Shown: positions 37,818-52,095 of the stretch, one piece after another
Layout of the letters: each line of letters starts with the position of its first letter
How positions within the stretch are numbered: the stretch's first letter is position 1
NCBI RefSeq assembly: GCF_001194135.2
Contig: NC_068981.1
Location: 99,581,082-99,645,081, forward strand
Reading direction: 5' to 3'
From: Octopus bimaculoides
Taxonomy: Eukaryota
DNA length: 64,000 bases
Program-made: the position numbers and the translations under genes
The notes under the pieces: model-generated
Database searches by the model: none
What the model was told of the DNA's origin: nothing
Seen by the model: the letters and a program-made list of their open reading frames with translations, nothing else

Positions 37818-38218
37818 GGTATGGCAGTCTAGTAAGAAGTTTACTTCCCAACCAGATGGTTCTGGGTTCAGTCCCACTGCATGGCATCTTGTGCAAGTGT
37901 CTTCTACTCAAGCCTGAGGCCAATCAAAGCCTTTTGAGTGGATTTGGTAGACAGAAACTGAAAGGGCCCATTGTGTGTGCATGTATGTGTATGTGTGTGT
38001 GTGTGTGTGTGTCTTTCTGTCTGTGTTTGTCCCCCTCCACCACTTGACAACTGGTGTTGGTGAGTTTATGTCACCTGTAACTTAGCAGTATAGCAAAAGA
38101 GACTGATAAATTAAGTATCAGGCTAAAAAAGTACTGGGGTTGATTTGATTGACTAAAATTCTTGATGGCGGTGCTCCAGTATGGCCAGTCTAATGACTGA
38201 AACAAGTAAAAGAATAAA
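37811..38218 (+). mobile_element. SINE family A copy, followed by an inverted partial head at about 38222-38385
   Basis: Same body and gactgaaacaagtaaaagaat tail. Confidence 0.8.
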
Positions 38219-38834
38219 TATACAAGAGGTTTCTACATAGTTTCCATCTAACAAATCCACTCACAAAGCATTGGTTGATCTAGGACAATAGCAAAAAACA
38301 TTTACTCAATGTGCTGCACAGTGGTACTGAACCCAAAACCATGTGGTTGCAATGCAAGCTTCTTAACCACACAGCCATACCTGAAGCTAAAATATTCTTT
38401 GAAATATAATTGTTTTATTCCATTCTATTCATTGTCCTTTAGCACTGTGCTGGAGCTTATTACATTTTTGAATGGTTGCTAAACATTATTAATTCTGGAA
38501 AGGAGATGCCAACCTATTGCAGGTCTGACACCAGACAGGAAGATTTGTATTTCATTCTGAAACTAAATGAAATATCATTCATTTACTTACTCATTATCCT
38601 ATTCATATTGCAGCGTATAACAATAAACTATACATTCTCATGGTACACACTGGACAATAGAGTAAGTTGAGAGCCATCAAGTGTTGTCTTTGTCCTGGGC
38701 ACAGAGAAACAACTGTTTTCCCCTGCAGAGTTTCTCAAGTGGTAGGATTATAGTCTATCAATTTGTTCAGTTGAGACTCATCTTTAAATTATTAGATGGA
38801 GAGATAAAAAAAATAATAAAGAATTGACTTCTAC

Positions 38835-38927
38835 CTTCATCATTCTTGGCAGGCGCAGCCAGCTGTTAAAGTTGACATGGGGCAGCAAATAAAATAAGTC
38901 AAGTGGTAACAAAGAGGCCAAATCAGA
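38835..38927 (-). CDS. CNGB: CNGB exon, S3-S4: SDLASLLPLDLFYLLPHVNFNSWLRLPRMMK
   Basis: tttttctttccag acceptor, gtagaa donor; 93 nt, phase 0/0; SLLPLD and RLPR motifs of CNG S3/S4. Confidence 0.95.
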
Positions 38928-41149
38928 CTGGAAAGAAAAAAAATTAAAGGAAATGAAAGACAGAAAAGATGTATTTGTGACTGAGCTAAAATATAATTAG
39001 TGCAACATTATTACATTTATGACTTTCTGGTATTTAACTACATAGTTCAGACAGATTTTATTGGTGGTATGGCAGTAAAACATTTAATGCTATTATACAA
39101 CCATACAAGCTTACTGGTTGGGAGGCTTTACTGGAATTAAAATAGTTAATGTTTTATGTTCCTGTCATTTCAAACAAATAAGTACATTTCAATGAGATTT
39201 TCATAGGTGAATAGTAAATATATGTTTCAGTTAGAAGTAAAACAAACACACTAATGCATTAAGAGAACAATATGTAAATATTCAAAAATGAATGAAACAA
39301 AATAAATTAAAAAATGGACATTTAAAAATCCATACATAACAAACAAAAAAAAACAAACTAAAGAAACATTTGAACATTAAAGGAAGTATTCACAGGAAGA
39401 CAAAGAGTTTTAGAGGAACAGGGAAAAATGTTTTGCATAAAAAAAAAAAAAAGAATTATAAATGGATCAGTTCTGTTAAGAAGTAGAATTAGATTGGTTT
39501 TAGAACTGTGGAATAGAACTGGAAAAATCTGAAAATATTTTCAGTAGAAATGTCAGATTTATAGTTGAAAGTGACAGGAAGCTTTGAATATAATAAAGGA
39601 GTGTAGTTATAATAAATTCTTATTTAGGATAAAATATTCCTCTATGATTCACATTAAAACTCCCTTCCATCTCATTTCTGCAATTTATTGAATGATTCAA
39701 GAGGAAGGAGCAAATGGTAAGAGAATTTTGATTCTAAGAACATTTTGAAATGAATGTTTAACTTTCTTAATTCTTAGAACAGCTTAAGAGATTCAATTCA
39801 AATGCCAACACTGAAATACTTTCAGTCTAAGCAAGCAATTCTTCAAAATATACTTCCTCAATATTTCAGTGGTAATTCTCAAAATTTTGGCATAAGAACA
39901 ATAGCTTATTATAAACAGTGCTCAGGTGCACGAGAACTCACTGAAAAAGAGTAAAAGATGGGAAAGAAAGCAGCAATAAGTCAAGTAAACGAAAGTCAAA
40001 AGTACATGCATAGGGCTCTGGATAAAACACAAGACAGAAAAGTGAACAGTAAAAAAACCCTAGAGGAAAGGGTGCATAGGTTCATCAGGAGTACAATTAA
40101 GGAATTTCAAGAGAGATTGAATTTTTGAAAGATACAGTATCCTAACCAACACAGAAAATTCACTTCGTGGTTTGATAATGCTGAACAGAAAAAAAATATT
40201 TCTGAAAGTCAAGGTAGTAAGGTGTTTTTTTGTGTTTTTTGAATTTTATTAGCATGTCCACAGGTGGTAGAAATAATCCTTTCTACTAAATTCACAAGGT
40301 CTGAAATTTTGTGGGAAGAGGATAGACAATTACACTGACTCCAGTGCTCAACTGGCACTTATTTTATTGACCTTGAAAAGATGAAAGGCAAAGTTTTGAA
40401 CTCAGAATGTAAAGATGGACAAAACGCTGCTAAGAATTTTGTCCAGCATGGTAACAATTCTACAAGCTCACCATCTTACAAGTGGTAAAAATAATGCATT
40501 AAAAAAAATTGCTGGAAAGATGGATAATCTTGCAGGCTCCTACCAAGTCATCTGCTAGACACTAAAGTTTTAGTCTGTTAATGCCCAGCGAAGCAAAATG
40601 TTCAAGTTATGGTGACTGATGGAGGGCATTTGTGTTGTTGCACATCTCCATACAGCCTCCAGTAGATCAATATTCTGGGTAAGATGGAGGGGTTCCAGAC
40701 TGGAGATGCAAATTGAAAGTGTGAAAGTATCATAGCTTCAAATAGATAGCTAGCTATTGAGCAGCTGACAAAGGCTGAATAACACTAAGATAGCTTTGGC
40801 CATTTTTAATGATTTTAAAAATGTTGATTGTCTAGTGCAGATTATTATAATGCCTAGGTCACATTCACCAGCAGACTTCTTAAGCTTATAGAAGATTTTT
40901 TGGTTGTCTAAGTCATGTTGTCACGCTGTTTTAATATCCTTCCTGTTTATTTTTGTTTTCTCACAGATTAAAAGAAAGAGTGAATAAATACTATGTCTGA
41001 GATACCTGAATCACTAATATAAACAATGTAATAGACTCTTAGCTTCTGTTCTCAAGTTTCTTTTAAATGTACACACATTCATTCATACGTATATACACAC
41101 ATGTACCCGTGAAAACATGTTTCAACACACACACACACACACATGCACA

Positions 41150-42300
41150 CACAAGGTGTGTTAGTTTTTTGTGAGTCATTTGTATGAATTTAAGAAAAGA
41201 TGTATAACTCATCAAAGAAAAGCTGTGTTTGAAAAGAAATTGGTACAAAATATATTGAGAATCCTTTTATCACATCTATTCAATGAATCCACTGTTAGCA
41301 TCAATGGCTGCTTCAATACAGGGTCTGAAGCATTGACATGCCCAAATCAAATCATCTTTATCAATTTTGGGCATAGTGCTAGTTACAGCGAACTTGAGAG
41401 AATGTGTGGTGTTATGGGGATGTTGATTGATCTCTCTCTTGACTATGCCCTATATGTAATAGTCCAGTGGATTGAGGTCTGGTGAGCTAGGAGGCTATAT
41501 CTCTGGGAGAACATGATCATGGTGATTGGCACACAGCCATGCTTGGGGTGTCTTAGACTTATGGAACAGTGTAGAGTCTTGTTGGAAGATGTACGGTCTT
41601 CTGTTCCATACACTGTTTATCCAGGGCCTCACAACTTTCTCCAACACCTCTGTGTTGACATAAGCATAAACTCTTAAGCCCTGTGAAAAGAAAGTGAGGA
41701 GGTATGTAACCTCCCTTGTTGCTGATGATTCCCAGAACCATCACAGTTACTGGGAACTTAGTATGCATGACTGTTGGTCTCTGCATAACCATCTGTCAAT
41801 CCTTTGGTTTACTTTTTGGTCCTGATTGAAAGTTTTCTCATCAGAGAAAAGCCTAAGCATTGTAGCCTCTTGGTGTTTTAATTTGTTTAGCAAGTACTTT
41901 GCATGAATTGAACAATTCTCTCTTGTTGTATCCAACTGACCTTTCTGCATTACATATGACTTATACTAGATGTCCTCATGCACAACTCTTCTGATAGTGC
42001 ATTCTGAAACCTGAAAGTCCTTTGCAATGGCTCTAATGACTTTCTGGGATCTTTATCAGTTACATCTTGGGACTATTTGTTACAAAGGTATGTGTTCTGA
42101 TGGTTTTAGGACCCTGTGTATTAATTTACGTGCTGACGATGGATCTCAGTCAGTAGCTTCCAGCTCCTTTTAAACTTTGACAATGAAGGATTGATTTACT
42201 TTCACTCCTTTCCAAAATGGTCTTCAGCTTGTCTTTGAACTGCTTAACTGGACTTCTACATAATGCTAATGGCCGTGCTTTGGAAGTTCACACTCACACA
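41150..42300 (-). mobile_element. Degenerate Tc1/mariner (maT/DD37D-like) transposase
   Basis: Fragments FSDEKTFNQDQKVN..DRWLC, VMHTKFPVTVMVLGIISNKG..PPHF and an SPDLNPLDY-like motif near 41460; frameshifted; ends not resolved. Confidence 0.8.
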
Positions 42301-42399
42301 AACCATAATCTTAGCAGGTGTTATAGCTTATAAATATAAATAGTTAACATCCAGAAAACAGCTCAGTACTTACAATCTTACCTCTCCACTTTCTCTATA

Positions 42400-43330
42400 C
42401 AACATCTGCAACTATTTTTCACCCTATAATTCTTATACTTAGGGAGCATAATTTCCAATGACTGCACACTGACAAAGGGATTCTGAACTACCTCAAGAAG
42501 ATCTTTGTAGCCTTTGGAAGGCTCAGTAACAGGGTCTTTCTAAACAACTGTCTCATTCTCCATTGTAATTTTCTCCCCTACAAAGCAGTCTATATTTTCT
42601 TTCTCCTGTATTGATGTGAGACATTAATCTCATACAGTCAGTTATTTAATGTTCTCAAGCCCTTCGACATCCAGTGTTTCTGAAGGGAGTAAGGTCCTTT
42701 TGATCTCTTTGTAGGATGCAGTGGCAAACAAAGAAGTCTTCTGTCAAACTAACACCAGCAGCCTGAGCTGACACCATTCAGGCATAGACGCGGATATATA
42801 ATGAACATATTAAAGTGCTGCTTTTCTATAGGATTCCTATGTAACCAGCTGCACTGTAGCTTGGTGGTGATCTGCAGCCTCTAGATGTTGGAAACATTCC
42901 TATTGAGTTAAAAATTTCATGTAAGTCCAGCTTTTATTTTCATCCTCATGAATAGGAGTAAGGTCACACAAATGAGGAAAATATCAAACAATATAGAAAC
43001 CAGAATGCAACCTTCTCTGGCTCAAATTTCAATGTTCCAATGACAACTCAGGCCATCATTCCAGTGTGGAACTTGTATAGGGGTTTTACAAATTTGGGCA
43101 ATCTGACTTGCTGAAAACATTCCATTAAAGTCCCCTGATTAGTAGGTCATTAATAACTCATGTTAATTGGTGTTTCTGTCACTTTACACAGCTAACAGTT
43201 TTTGACAGTAAAGCCAATGCCATGTTGGTGGTGTCCATCATCAGAGTAGCCCTTTCAGAAAAAAAGGTATAGTCCACATTAACTTCATTAGGAGAACCTA
43301 TCTTAACAAAGATTGATGACTGTTATACCT
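42400..43330 (-). mobile_element. Degenerate RTE reverse-transcriptase fragment
   Basis: Minus-strand peptides LPKFVKPLYKFHTGMMA*V and REGCILVSILFDIFL (RT 'RQGC.L.P.LF' motif), interrupted by stops and frameshifts. Confidence 0.6.
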
Positions 43331-45990
43331 CCTTGGCAGGTAATCTCACTGCACTCAGTGAAACTAGCAAACTGAACTCACTGAGTCAAGTAATATACAC
43401 ATTTTGGTGCCTCAAACACTACGAGCTGTTTGATGCTTGTGTTGGCTTGTTGAATTCCACAATGATCTTAAATATCGTGCTACTTTTGTTTTTATGGCTG
43501 CTAGGTGTCTTAACAGGTGTCTCCCTAAGAATACAGTTGAGTGGATGGTTTTATGTCACCTCTCCTTGGTCTTTCCCTAACAGTCCCTAGACAGGGCTGT
43601 TCAGTCATGCAGAAGTCTGCTACAGGCAGCTCCCACTAAAACCCAGCTACTACAACCAGTACCTTGAACTGCTGATGTACAGAGTTCAGACAAGAGGTTT
43701 CCAGCCCATTCAAACCCCTATTATAGTCCAACTTGTTAGAGAGCCAAGTTCTATGATGCACATGTTTGGTGAAGATACAGGTGTAAAGAAGCTTTGTAAT
43801 GAGAATAGGGTTGTGCATTTTTAACAGTCATTATTCCTGTTGTCCAGGAGATATATCTAATGCTAAGGGTGACCCAAAATGACTTACATTTCTTCACATG
43901 TGAAAGAGGCCACAGGAAATCTACTCTTTTGGAAATACAATGTGAGGCCCATTGCTGTTCTGGGATTCCCAGTCAAATAAGTCTGGGACCACGAAATACA
44001 TAATTACTGTGTAACAGAGGGGAAGCCTGACAGGAGTCTTGATGAGGAAGAATCATGCACTGGCAGGGGAGTCCAACACTTTCTACTTTACAATATGGGA
44101 TCACTAGTGGCAGTGAGCTGTAAGCAAGAGGGTTTATGAACTATTGTGCTAGACACATTACATTACTACTTACACACACACACACACACGTGTGCATGCA
44201 CACACACACACGTGTGCACGCACACACTCATGCATACTCAAATGCATAGGTCAGATTTAGCTATCAGACAGCTAGACTCTGCCTAAGCTAACAGTTAAGA
44301 GAGTGAAAGCATATTTAATGCTTAGAAAATGAAAGCCTAATTCAGATCAGGTCTGCTGTGAACATAAAATATTAATTGATCACTAATACTGTTTTATCTG
44401 TGGCAAATATAACAGATACTTCCAGACATATTTCAATTTTGTGACTTTTCATACAAAGAACAGACTCACCATAACTTACTGAAGTATTTAGTGATTAAAT
44501 TGCTAAGTAAACATAAATAAAAAAAAAATGTACATATCTATTGGTGCAGAATAACAGAATTACTGAAAAATGAAATTATTCTGAGATGTCATCCACATAA
44601 CTAAGCTAATGGTAATAACTGATTAATGGAGGTTAGAAGTTGAGTTAATTTAGGAGATTCACTGAAGCACAAAATTAATGCTGATCGGATGGGGAAAACA
44701 TATGGAAATGTGTAAGAGATGTTTGAGATTATTTTGAGCAAGTTGTAAGGTAATGAATGTGTTCTTTGAAACATGTAGAAAAGACTATTTAACAAATCCA
44801 GTCCACTTGATATAAATTAAGACAGTATTATTATTACTGATGCCAGATAGTCTAAGTTAGCTGATTTAGGAGCAAATCTATGAAATGAAGTTAGCTGATC
44901 AAATAAAGCATTTGATCGACATTTCTAGTTGTAATCATTTTGCTTTTATTGAAGCCATATTGTCCTAAAACTTAAAATTGCAGACATAGTCTTGATTCTA
45001 AAAATGGCAAAGAGTTCATTTGGATGAATATTTTGGAATGAGTAGTTATTAATATTACTGATTTTTCTGACAATTAACCTCAACTTAATTGTATTTGTAT
45101 TTGCACTGCTTAGTGATGGTCAGATCATCAGTAGGTGATTTATTGTAAACTGAAGACAGTAATGTCCTTAACCACTGCAAAAGTCAGATAATGAAGTAAA
45201 TACATAGAAGTCCTTTCATTACACCGTTTTCAAAGACTTTATAGAAAAACAATGTGTATGTTGATGTACCTATAATATGCAAGTAGTGAAGTAGATATAA
45301 CACACCACTGGAAGTGTTCAAGGTTTGACATGCTTCATACAATAATAGATTCAAATTCATGAAGATGTGGCAAATGGCTTTAGGAGAAGACAAGTGGGAA
45401 TGACACTAGATACCAGTTGGATTTTTATTATCAAAACATATATATATATCTAAAATGGAACATGAACTGTGAAAACCTAAAGGTATTTTTCATGGTTCAT
45501 ACTCAGTTGTGGTTCAAGGCACAAAGTAAACTGAAGCTAAATCTATTACCAGTAATGTTTGCAGATGATTTTGTGTCAATTCTTAGTAGCTAAGTGAGGT
45601 AAGATGATCTTCCCAGTACAGCAATGGGCTTCACATTGTATTTCCAAAATAATTGCAGCAATTTGAACTTAAACCCTGCAAACATGTGGCTCAAAATCTT
45701 ACTCATTTGGATATTCTGCATCTAAATATACACAAATACACAATCATATTCATTCGCATGCGTGTGCACCCCACCCTTCCACACACACATACATCTCAGA
45801 AGTAGACACCCCCTCATTTTACCGTTTTATCTGTGCAGACACTATACATCAGTATCATGTCAAAATGTGTTAAATCATAAAAAAACTGCACAAGGCAAGT
45901 CTACTAAATATGAGATTAGGTGTTTAAATGCATCAAATGGCATTATTTTGTTTCTTGAAATAAATCTTTCAAAATTGATAATCTTTCATA

Positions 45991-46358
45991 TTTTACTTGT
46001 TTCAATCATTTGATTGTGGCCATGCTGGGGCACTGCCTTGAAGGCTTTTAGTTGGACAAATTGACACCAGGACTTATTTTTTTAAAGCCTAGTACTTATT
46101 CTATCTGTCTCTTTTGCTGAACCACTAAATTATGGGGATGTAAACACACCAGCATTTGGTTGTCAAGTGGTGGTGGGTGACAAACACAAACATATATATG
46201 ACAAGCTTCTTTCAGTTTCCATCTACAAAATCCACTCACTTTGATTAGTCCAAGGTTATAGTAGAAGATACTTGCCTAAGGTACTACACAGTGAGACTGA
46301 ACCTGGAACTATGTGATTGGGAAACAAGCTTCTTACCACACAGCTGTGCCTGTGCATA
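45991..46358 (-). mobile_element. SINE family A copy; further partial heads on minus at about 26700-26845 and 28262-28400
   Basis: Reverse complement of tail (ttttacttgtttcaatcatt) and head (cttcttaccacacagc..cctgtgc). Confidence 0.8.
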
Positions 46359-49079
46359 TGTCTCTTTACTTTAGAGATGTTTATGTGTATATGTATTTAT
46401 TGAGATAAACAAAGTGAAGGTATTCATTTGGAATACATTGCTAGCATCCTTAGAGCAATGCTTCTGTGTCACTCTATTTCAAGTGCAAAGTTTACAGAGT
46501 CATTGTGTCTTTAATTTTGTTTCATGTTTGATGGCTTAGTCAAAAGCTGGGAAGCAGCGATCCCCAGACCAAAGACCAGGCCTAAATGCTTGCATAGACT
46601 GGATTTAGTTAAAGGCATTATTGAACCAGCTTGTGGTGTTAAACTGGACAATTGTTCAGCACTGCCTAAAAGTCACCTACCAAAAACTAAGAATGGATTT
46701 TCCAATGAGTTTCCATAGTTTCTGTCCAGAAAATTTCACTCAGAAGTTGTTGACTGACTTCAAACTATAGTAGAAGGCACTTACCTAAGGTGGGATTGAA
46801 CATATAATGTGATAACTTGAAATAGTCATGAGGATATCCTGGATTAACAAAGTTTAAAAACAAAAATGAAAAGCACTATTGAACTTTACAGTTTTCTGGA
46901 ATAAATAAATCACAAAATCAGATTCAGTGTGAAAAAGTACTTTGATAAACCAAATTTGAAAATTTTCACTTGATTTTAAAATTTCGAAATCTGTGACAGC
47001 AACCAAAAAAAAGATATCTTTCTGTATTTGTCTATCTCATTTATTTATGCTTTTCTCACTGTAAACATTCCCCTCTTTGTGTATATTTTCTACACTCTCT
47101 CTTACTCTCTGTACATGTATATCACTCACAGTGTGTGAATGTGTGTGTGTGTTTGTGTAACGAATTTCATTAGGGCAAGAGAGCTGAAAGACTTCAAAGC
47201 ATCAGCAGTGAGCTAAGAAAAATCTTTACATTGTAGTAGTTTGTCGTCTAGCTAAAATAGTTGAATGATATAATCTTGCAAGAAGTGTTATAGAGTAATC
47301 TCCCTTAAGTAAGTTTCTCGGAAGATTATATTTCATGAGAAGTAATTCTTAATTATTCAATAAGTTTCACATTTCTCTTGGAAGTTTCTAGAATGTCTAG
47401 CATTCCATTAATAAAAACAGTTTGCTTGCCCTGCTCTTTGCTTCTTTATCGATTAGACTCAAAGCCATTCACGTCATTGCTATGTCTATCTATTTCTCTA
47501 TGCCATATTACTAAAAACCACTATTCAGCTGTTATTTCTACATTTTTGAACTTTCTTGCATAGATTATTTCATTCAATTAGTTTCTACATTTTCATTATG
47601 TTTCATCGACAACCAGTGAATAAAATATATTTTATGTAATAAATATATAGTTCCTAAATTTATTCTTCTTCTCTGTAAGAATTCTTCTAATAAGATACAT
47701 GCAGCATTTCTAAACATATATATTCACACTACAACATCTATGCACCAAATGGAAAAACAAAAACTTAGTTTATTGACACATTATAAACTGCCCCAAACAA
47801 TGCAGAAATCTGTCCTGATCAAAGGGTCTACCCGTTGGAGAAGACATGGTCTGACATGAAACAGAAAAAATAATAAAGGCACTCTGTTGTGAAAATTGCT
47901 TAGTAATGATGGTATACTCAGCTAGTAGTATATATAGTGTATAATACATGATGTGCTGGAGTAGTGATTGTAGTATATGATATGTTGGTGAGGTAGTAAG
48001 TTGTAGAATATAGTGTGTTGTTATATAGTATGCCAGATTTATGTATAGGCTTAGCAGTCTGAAGTCTTGGGCCTCAAAATCTAGGTGATCTTTGACCATC
48101 TAGTCATGAGGGTAGGGAATTGAAAGAGGCCTCACAAGTGGAATGACCCTGGGCCTCTCTTCATCTAAATCCGATACTGACAGTATGTTGATGGAATAAT
48201 ACATTGTAGTACATAACAAATTGGTAAAGTAGCATGTTGTGGCAGTGTGCTGATGGGATAGTATGTTGTTGCATACAATTTGTTTGTAGATTGGAATATA
48301 GTGTTTTGGCAAAATAGGACAGTGTAGTACAGTATATTGGTGAGATAGTAGTTTTAGTACTGTGTATTGGTAGGATAAAATGTACAGTGAGTTTGTGTGT
48401 AGTGTGTTGTAGCATGTATAAATAGGAACTGTGATTCAATATAGAAGCAAAAATAAGTGAGTGAAGTTATTTAGTAATGAGATTGACTTGCTAAGTGGTA
48501 AATCTCTTGATCAGTGTAATTAATTCTATTTGGTACTGTTATTTACCCCACAGAAAAAAATAATTGATTTAATTCCATTTCATTGTTTATTTGTCATTAT
48601 CAGATATTTACAAATATCTGATTGTTTTACAGTTATTTTCTAATGAAAATAATTAAAATTTCTTTCAATCTCATATTTAAAGATTTCACATAAAAAGTAC
48701 TGCTATATTACACATGGAATTATATATGACACTTCTAGGATCAAACAACATTTTCAGTCATACAACCAGCTGAACTTAGCACAGTAAGCTAATGAAATAT
48801 GCATCACTTTTACAGTGTTTCTGTTGTTACCTATAATGGTGTATTGTACCACAATGTTGCAGAGTTACCGACCAGATTTTCAGGAACCCACGAGGTCAAG
48901 CTGAGAAAAATTACCAAACTCAAATGAAAAAACCCACTAGATTATAAAAATATTGTGTTTAAATAGAAATATAGCAATATTTTATTTTGTTTTATATATA
49001 GAAAATAATAATCATTCCTGACTCTCACCATATCCTTTTGGAAGACTACATGAATCATTATTTTTTCTGTTCTTTCCTA

Positions 49080-50965
49080 GTAGGTTTTGCTTACAAAACC
49101 TTTCAAGGCCTTGATTGATTTTTTTCCAGGACCCAACTTAGTGCATTCTATAGCATTTCTAGTAATAGATAACTTTGCAAATAATCTATTTTTTATAGTT
49201 CCTACTTTTAAAAAGTTAGTGTTTCTTGTTTTAACACTATTCATTTGAAAGAGCATTCTTTCAGCACATACTGACAAATGTGACAAGATAGTTAAATTGG
49301 TCATAAAATTGGATAATAAATTATATTTTGAATTATAAGGCCCAACTTTCGTCTTTTATTTTCTGTTGAGATAAGTAAATTGTCTACTGTTAAACAATAA
49401 CTTCTCCGTTGATCAACAAGATAATTCAGACAGCTTTCTGGTATTATTGGACAACAAATATACAGCTAAACAAATAAGCACAGAAGATATACTGGGATCA
49501 GAAACTACCTTTGGATATAATATCTTTAATTTAATAGTAATTCTACCTTCACTGAAAAGAAACCATTTTCTTTGAATATAAAGTTCCACTAGCAATTTCA
49601 GAGAATCAGTTTTAAACTTTCTAATACTGATTTCATAAATAAAAAGTTCATTAATTAAATGTGCTGTTGCTTTTCTTCAAAGTAAACATCATTAATGTTT
49701 TCGTAATTACTTTCATCACTTGGGTCAATTTTTGATAAGTTAACGTCTTACTGTAATTCATCTTCAATAAAGAAACTCAAAAGCTCTTTGTATTCTGATG
49801 CTATCCTTAAATACAAACAATGTCACCCAGAATGCTCAGATTGGAATTCAACATCTAGTGAATTCACTTTCTATAGCATATACTGAAAGAAAAGTAACAT
49901 TTGCTTGATTCTGTGATTGCTTAATGCCTCATAAGTTCTCTTGGCATTATGAACTTTGTCAACATTTGACTCAGTTTGGAAATAAAGAAGTAAAGCATGA
50001 AATTGTTCTAATATCTCTGTAGTAACTGTTTTATGTCTGTAGTAAACAGTTACTACAGAGATAAAAGCCATCCTTTGTACATGTTTAGGTATTTTGTGAA
50101 AAGTTGTCACAAATTCTTGGCTAAGTGTGAACTCTCATTGTTTTCTGCTACTGTGAAAAAAAGCAAGATGTTAAATCATTTACAAAATGATAAATGATTA
50201 AATATGATTGCAATATGTTGTATGAAGAATAAGATAATAACAGATACATATTACAATTAAAACAAAAGGCACATCATCTTTCAATAATTTCCAGAACCCA
50301 TTTTTGGTCCCTATTACAGAAGAACAATTATTACTTGCAAATCCAATATTTTCTGGAGGAATATTTTTCCACACAAACAACAATGTAAATATTAAAAGCT
50401 GTTTCATTTTTAACATTATATCTATGACATTATGATTATTCAGATCAAAGAATATCATAAAATTTGGGTAATGAAATATCTATACTTTCATCAATTATTA
50501 TAGAAAACTTTTGTTGTACAGATATCCAGTAACACTATTTTTTTTTTGAAAGACTGTTCCATCCCGAATGACATATGAAAGTTTTATTGTTTTCATTGAC
50601 AATTTTTCAGTGATCTTACTGTTCAGAATTATATGCTATCAGAAGATGATAAACATTTACAGAAGGAATGTTCTATTCAACAAAATAACCAGCAATCAGC
50701 AGTTTACTTTTGGCTGTTTATTCATTCTCCACTGACTTTCTCTACTATAAATTGAGAAATGTCAACACTAGATTTAGCCACATCAAAGCACTTTTTATGT
50801 TTGACAGAAGTTTTGTGTTTCATTAGCATGAATTTATTTGCATTTCTCAGAATAATGTTACAATATTTACAATAGCTAACTTCATTATCAATTTTATCTT
50901 GTTGAAACCAATCCTCAAATTTAGGATTCTGTAGCAATTCTTCCTTGAATGACAGTATCATTTCC
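49080..50965 (-). pseudogene. Degenerate hAT-superfamily transposase
   Basis: N-terminal zinc finger YCKYCN..KHKTSVKH (50722..50961), IGFASNNCSSVIG..CICY (DDE/CxxH region), and dimerisation motif CAERML.QMNSVKT (49077..49304); many stops. Confidence 0.75.
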
Positions 50966-51139
50966 CTTTTTTAAGTTAGAAATTGCTTTTCATCACTTAA
51001 AATATTATACAATGTAATAAAGTTATGAAGACTGTAGAAATAGGACTGCTCATACACAGTCACGATGCATGACTAACAGTAACACAAAATGGTAAAGTTG
51101 CTAGGCACAAATGTAGCATGATAGATTTATATGAAACTC

Positions 51140-51570
51140 TACCTGTATACATCTATTGTCATGCTGAGAGTGGCTTATGCCTGTGAAACATGGAGGAAGA
51201 CTAGTAGAATCTATAGAACTTCAGATGTTTTTGACAGATGTTGCCTTAAAACCTAGCTAAGAATTTCTTGGTATTGACTACATGAGTGAAATCATGGAAA
51301 GGGTCAGCTGAGTAACCTAAGAAATGTCATTGTCATGAGACAGCAGAGAATGCCCAGCCATGTTACACATGCCCACAAAGAGACCAGTGAGTATCTTACA
51401 GAGGGACATAAGAGGTGAGACAGATCTCTCAACAACTAGTTGACAACAGTGCAAGAGGAACTAGCATGCATGAGCTTGCTCTGGAGCCAGCTCATGACAA
51501 GGTTTGAAGATTGTGCTGGATGGAAATCTTAAATCTTACATTGCATGATACTCCCTGGGAAGAGGAAGGA
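51140..51570 (+). mobile_element. Degenerate RTE fragment (post-RT region)
   Basis: LYTSIVMLRVAYACETWRKT resembles RTE 'LLY.CETW'. Confidence 0.55.
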
Positions 51571-51638
51571 ACTAAGGCCAATTCATACACATGCAAGTGA
51601 ATCTGTGCCATGAAAAATTATGACCTTGGAATTGATAA

Positions 51639-52095
51639 CACTGTGTAATAAAATTTTAATTCTTTTTTTGTCTTTGGTCAGTAAGTATTATTTCCTATGT
51701 GCTTCTATTTAGAAATTAAAGGAAATGACTACTATTCCCTTCAAACATTGCTTTTGTGACTTGAACATCAATGTTTTGAAACTGACTTATTTTCCATTAT
51801 ATTTCAGACAGATTCAGAGTTGAATTGCTGAAGCAGAAATATCGTTTTAGCAAATATTCTGCTCAATATTAGAGATTTGCTTGACCTTAACCACTTGAGC
51901 TGACAATATGTGCATCTCTAATCATAAGCAAAAGTAATGGGGGGGGGGCATCATGGTCATGTGCTGAGAAGGATTCAATGGGGTTTGAATAAATGTAGCA
52001 AAAGGAAAGTTTGAAGGAAATATTAGCCATTTTCATGCTTTCTATGGGTAAGCAAATGAGGACATAACAGTTGCTACCCAAGAATAAAAATTGTG
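51639..52095. mobile_element. MITE with CACTGTGTAA/TTACACAGTG TIRs; second copy at about 32149-32640
   Basis: The two about 460-490 bp segments align along their length (gaaatgactactattcccttcaaac etc.). Confidence 0.75.

Noticed and set aside
45703-45721. Possible 19-nt microexon (tttag|...|gtaaga, minus)
   Set aside because: Frameshifting length; S3-S4 region is complete without it.
47890-48430. Periodic tagt/gtat-rich tract (similar reverse tract at about 20040-20330), considered as a spacer array
   Set aside because: Low-complexity degenerate repeat with no constant repeat and unique spacer structure; CRISPR not supported.
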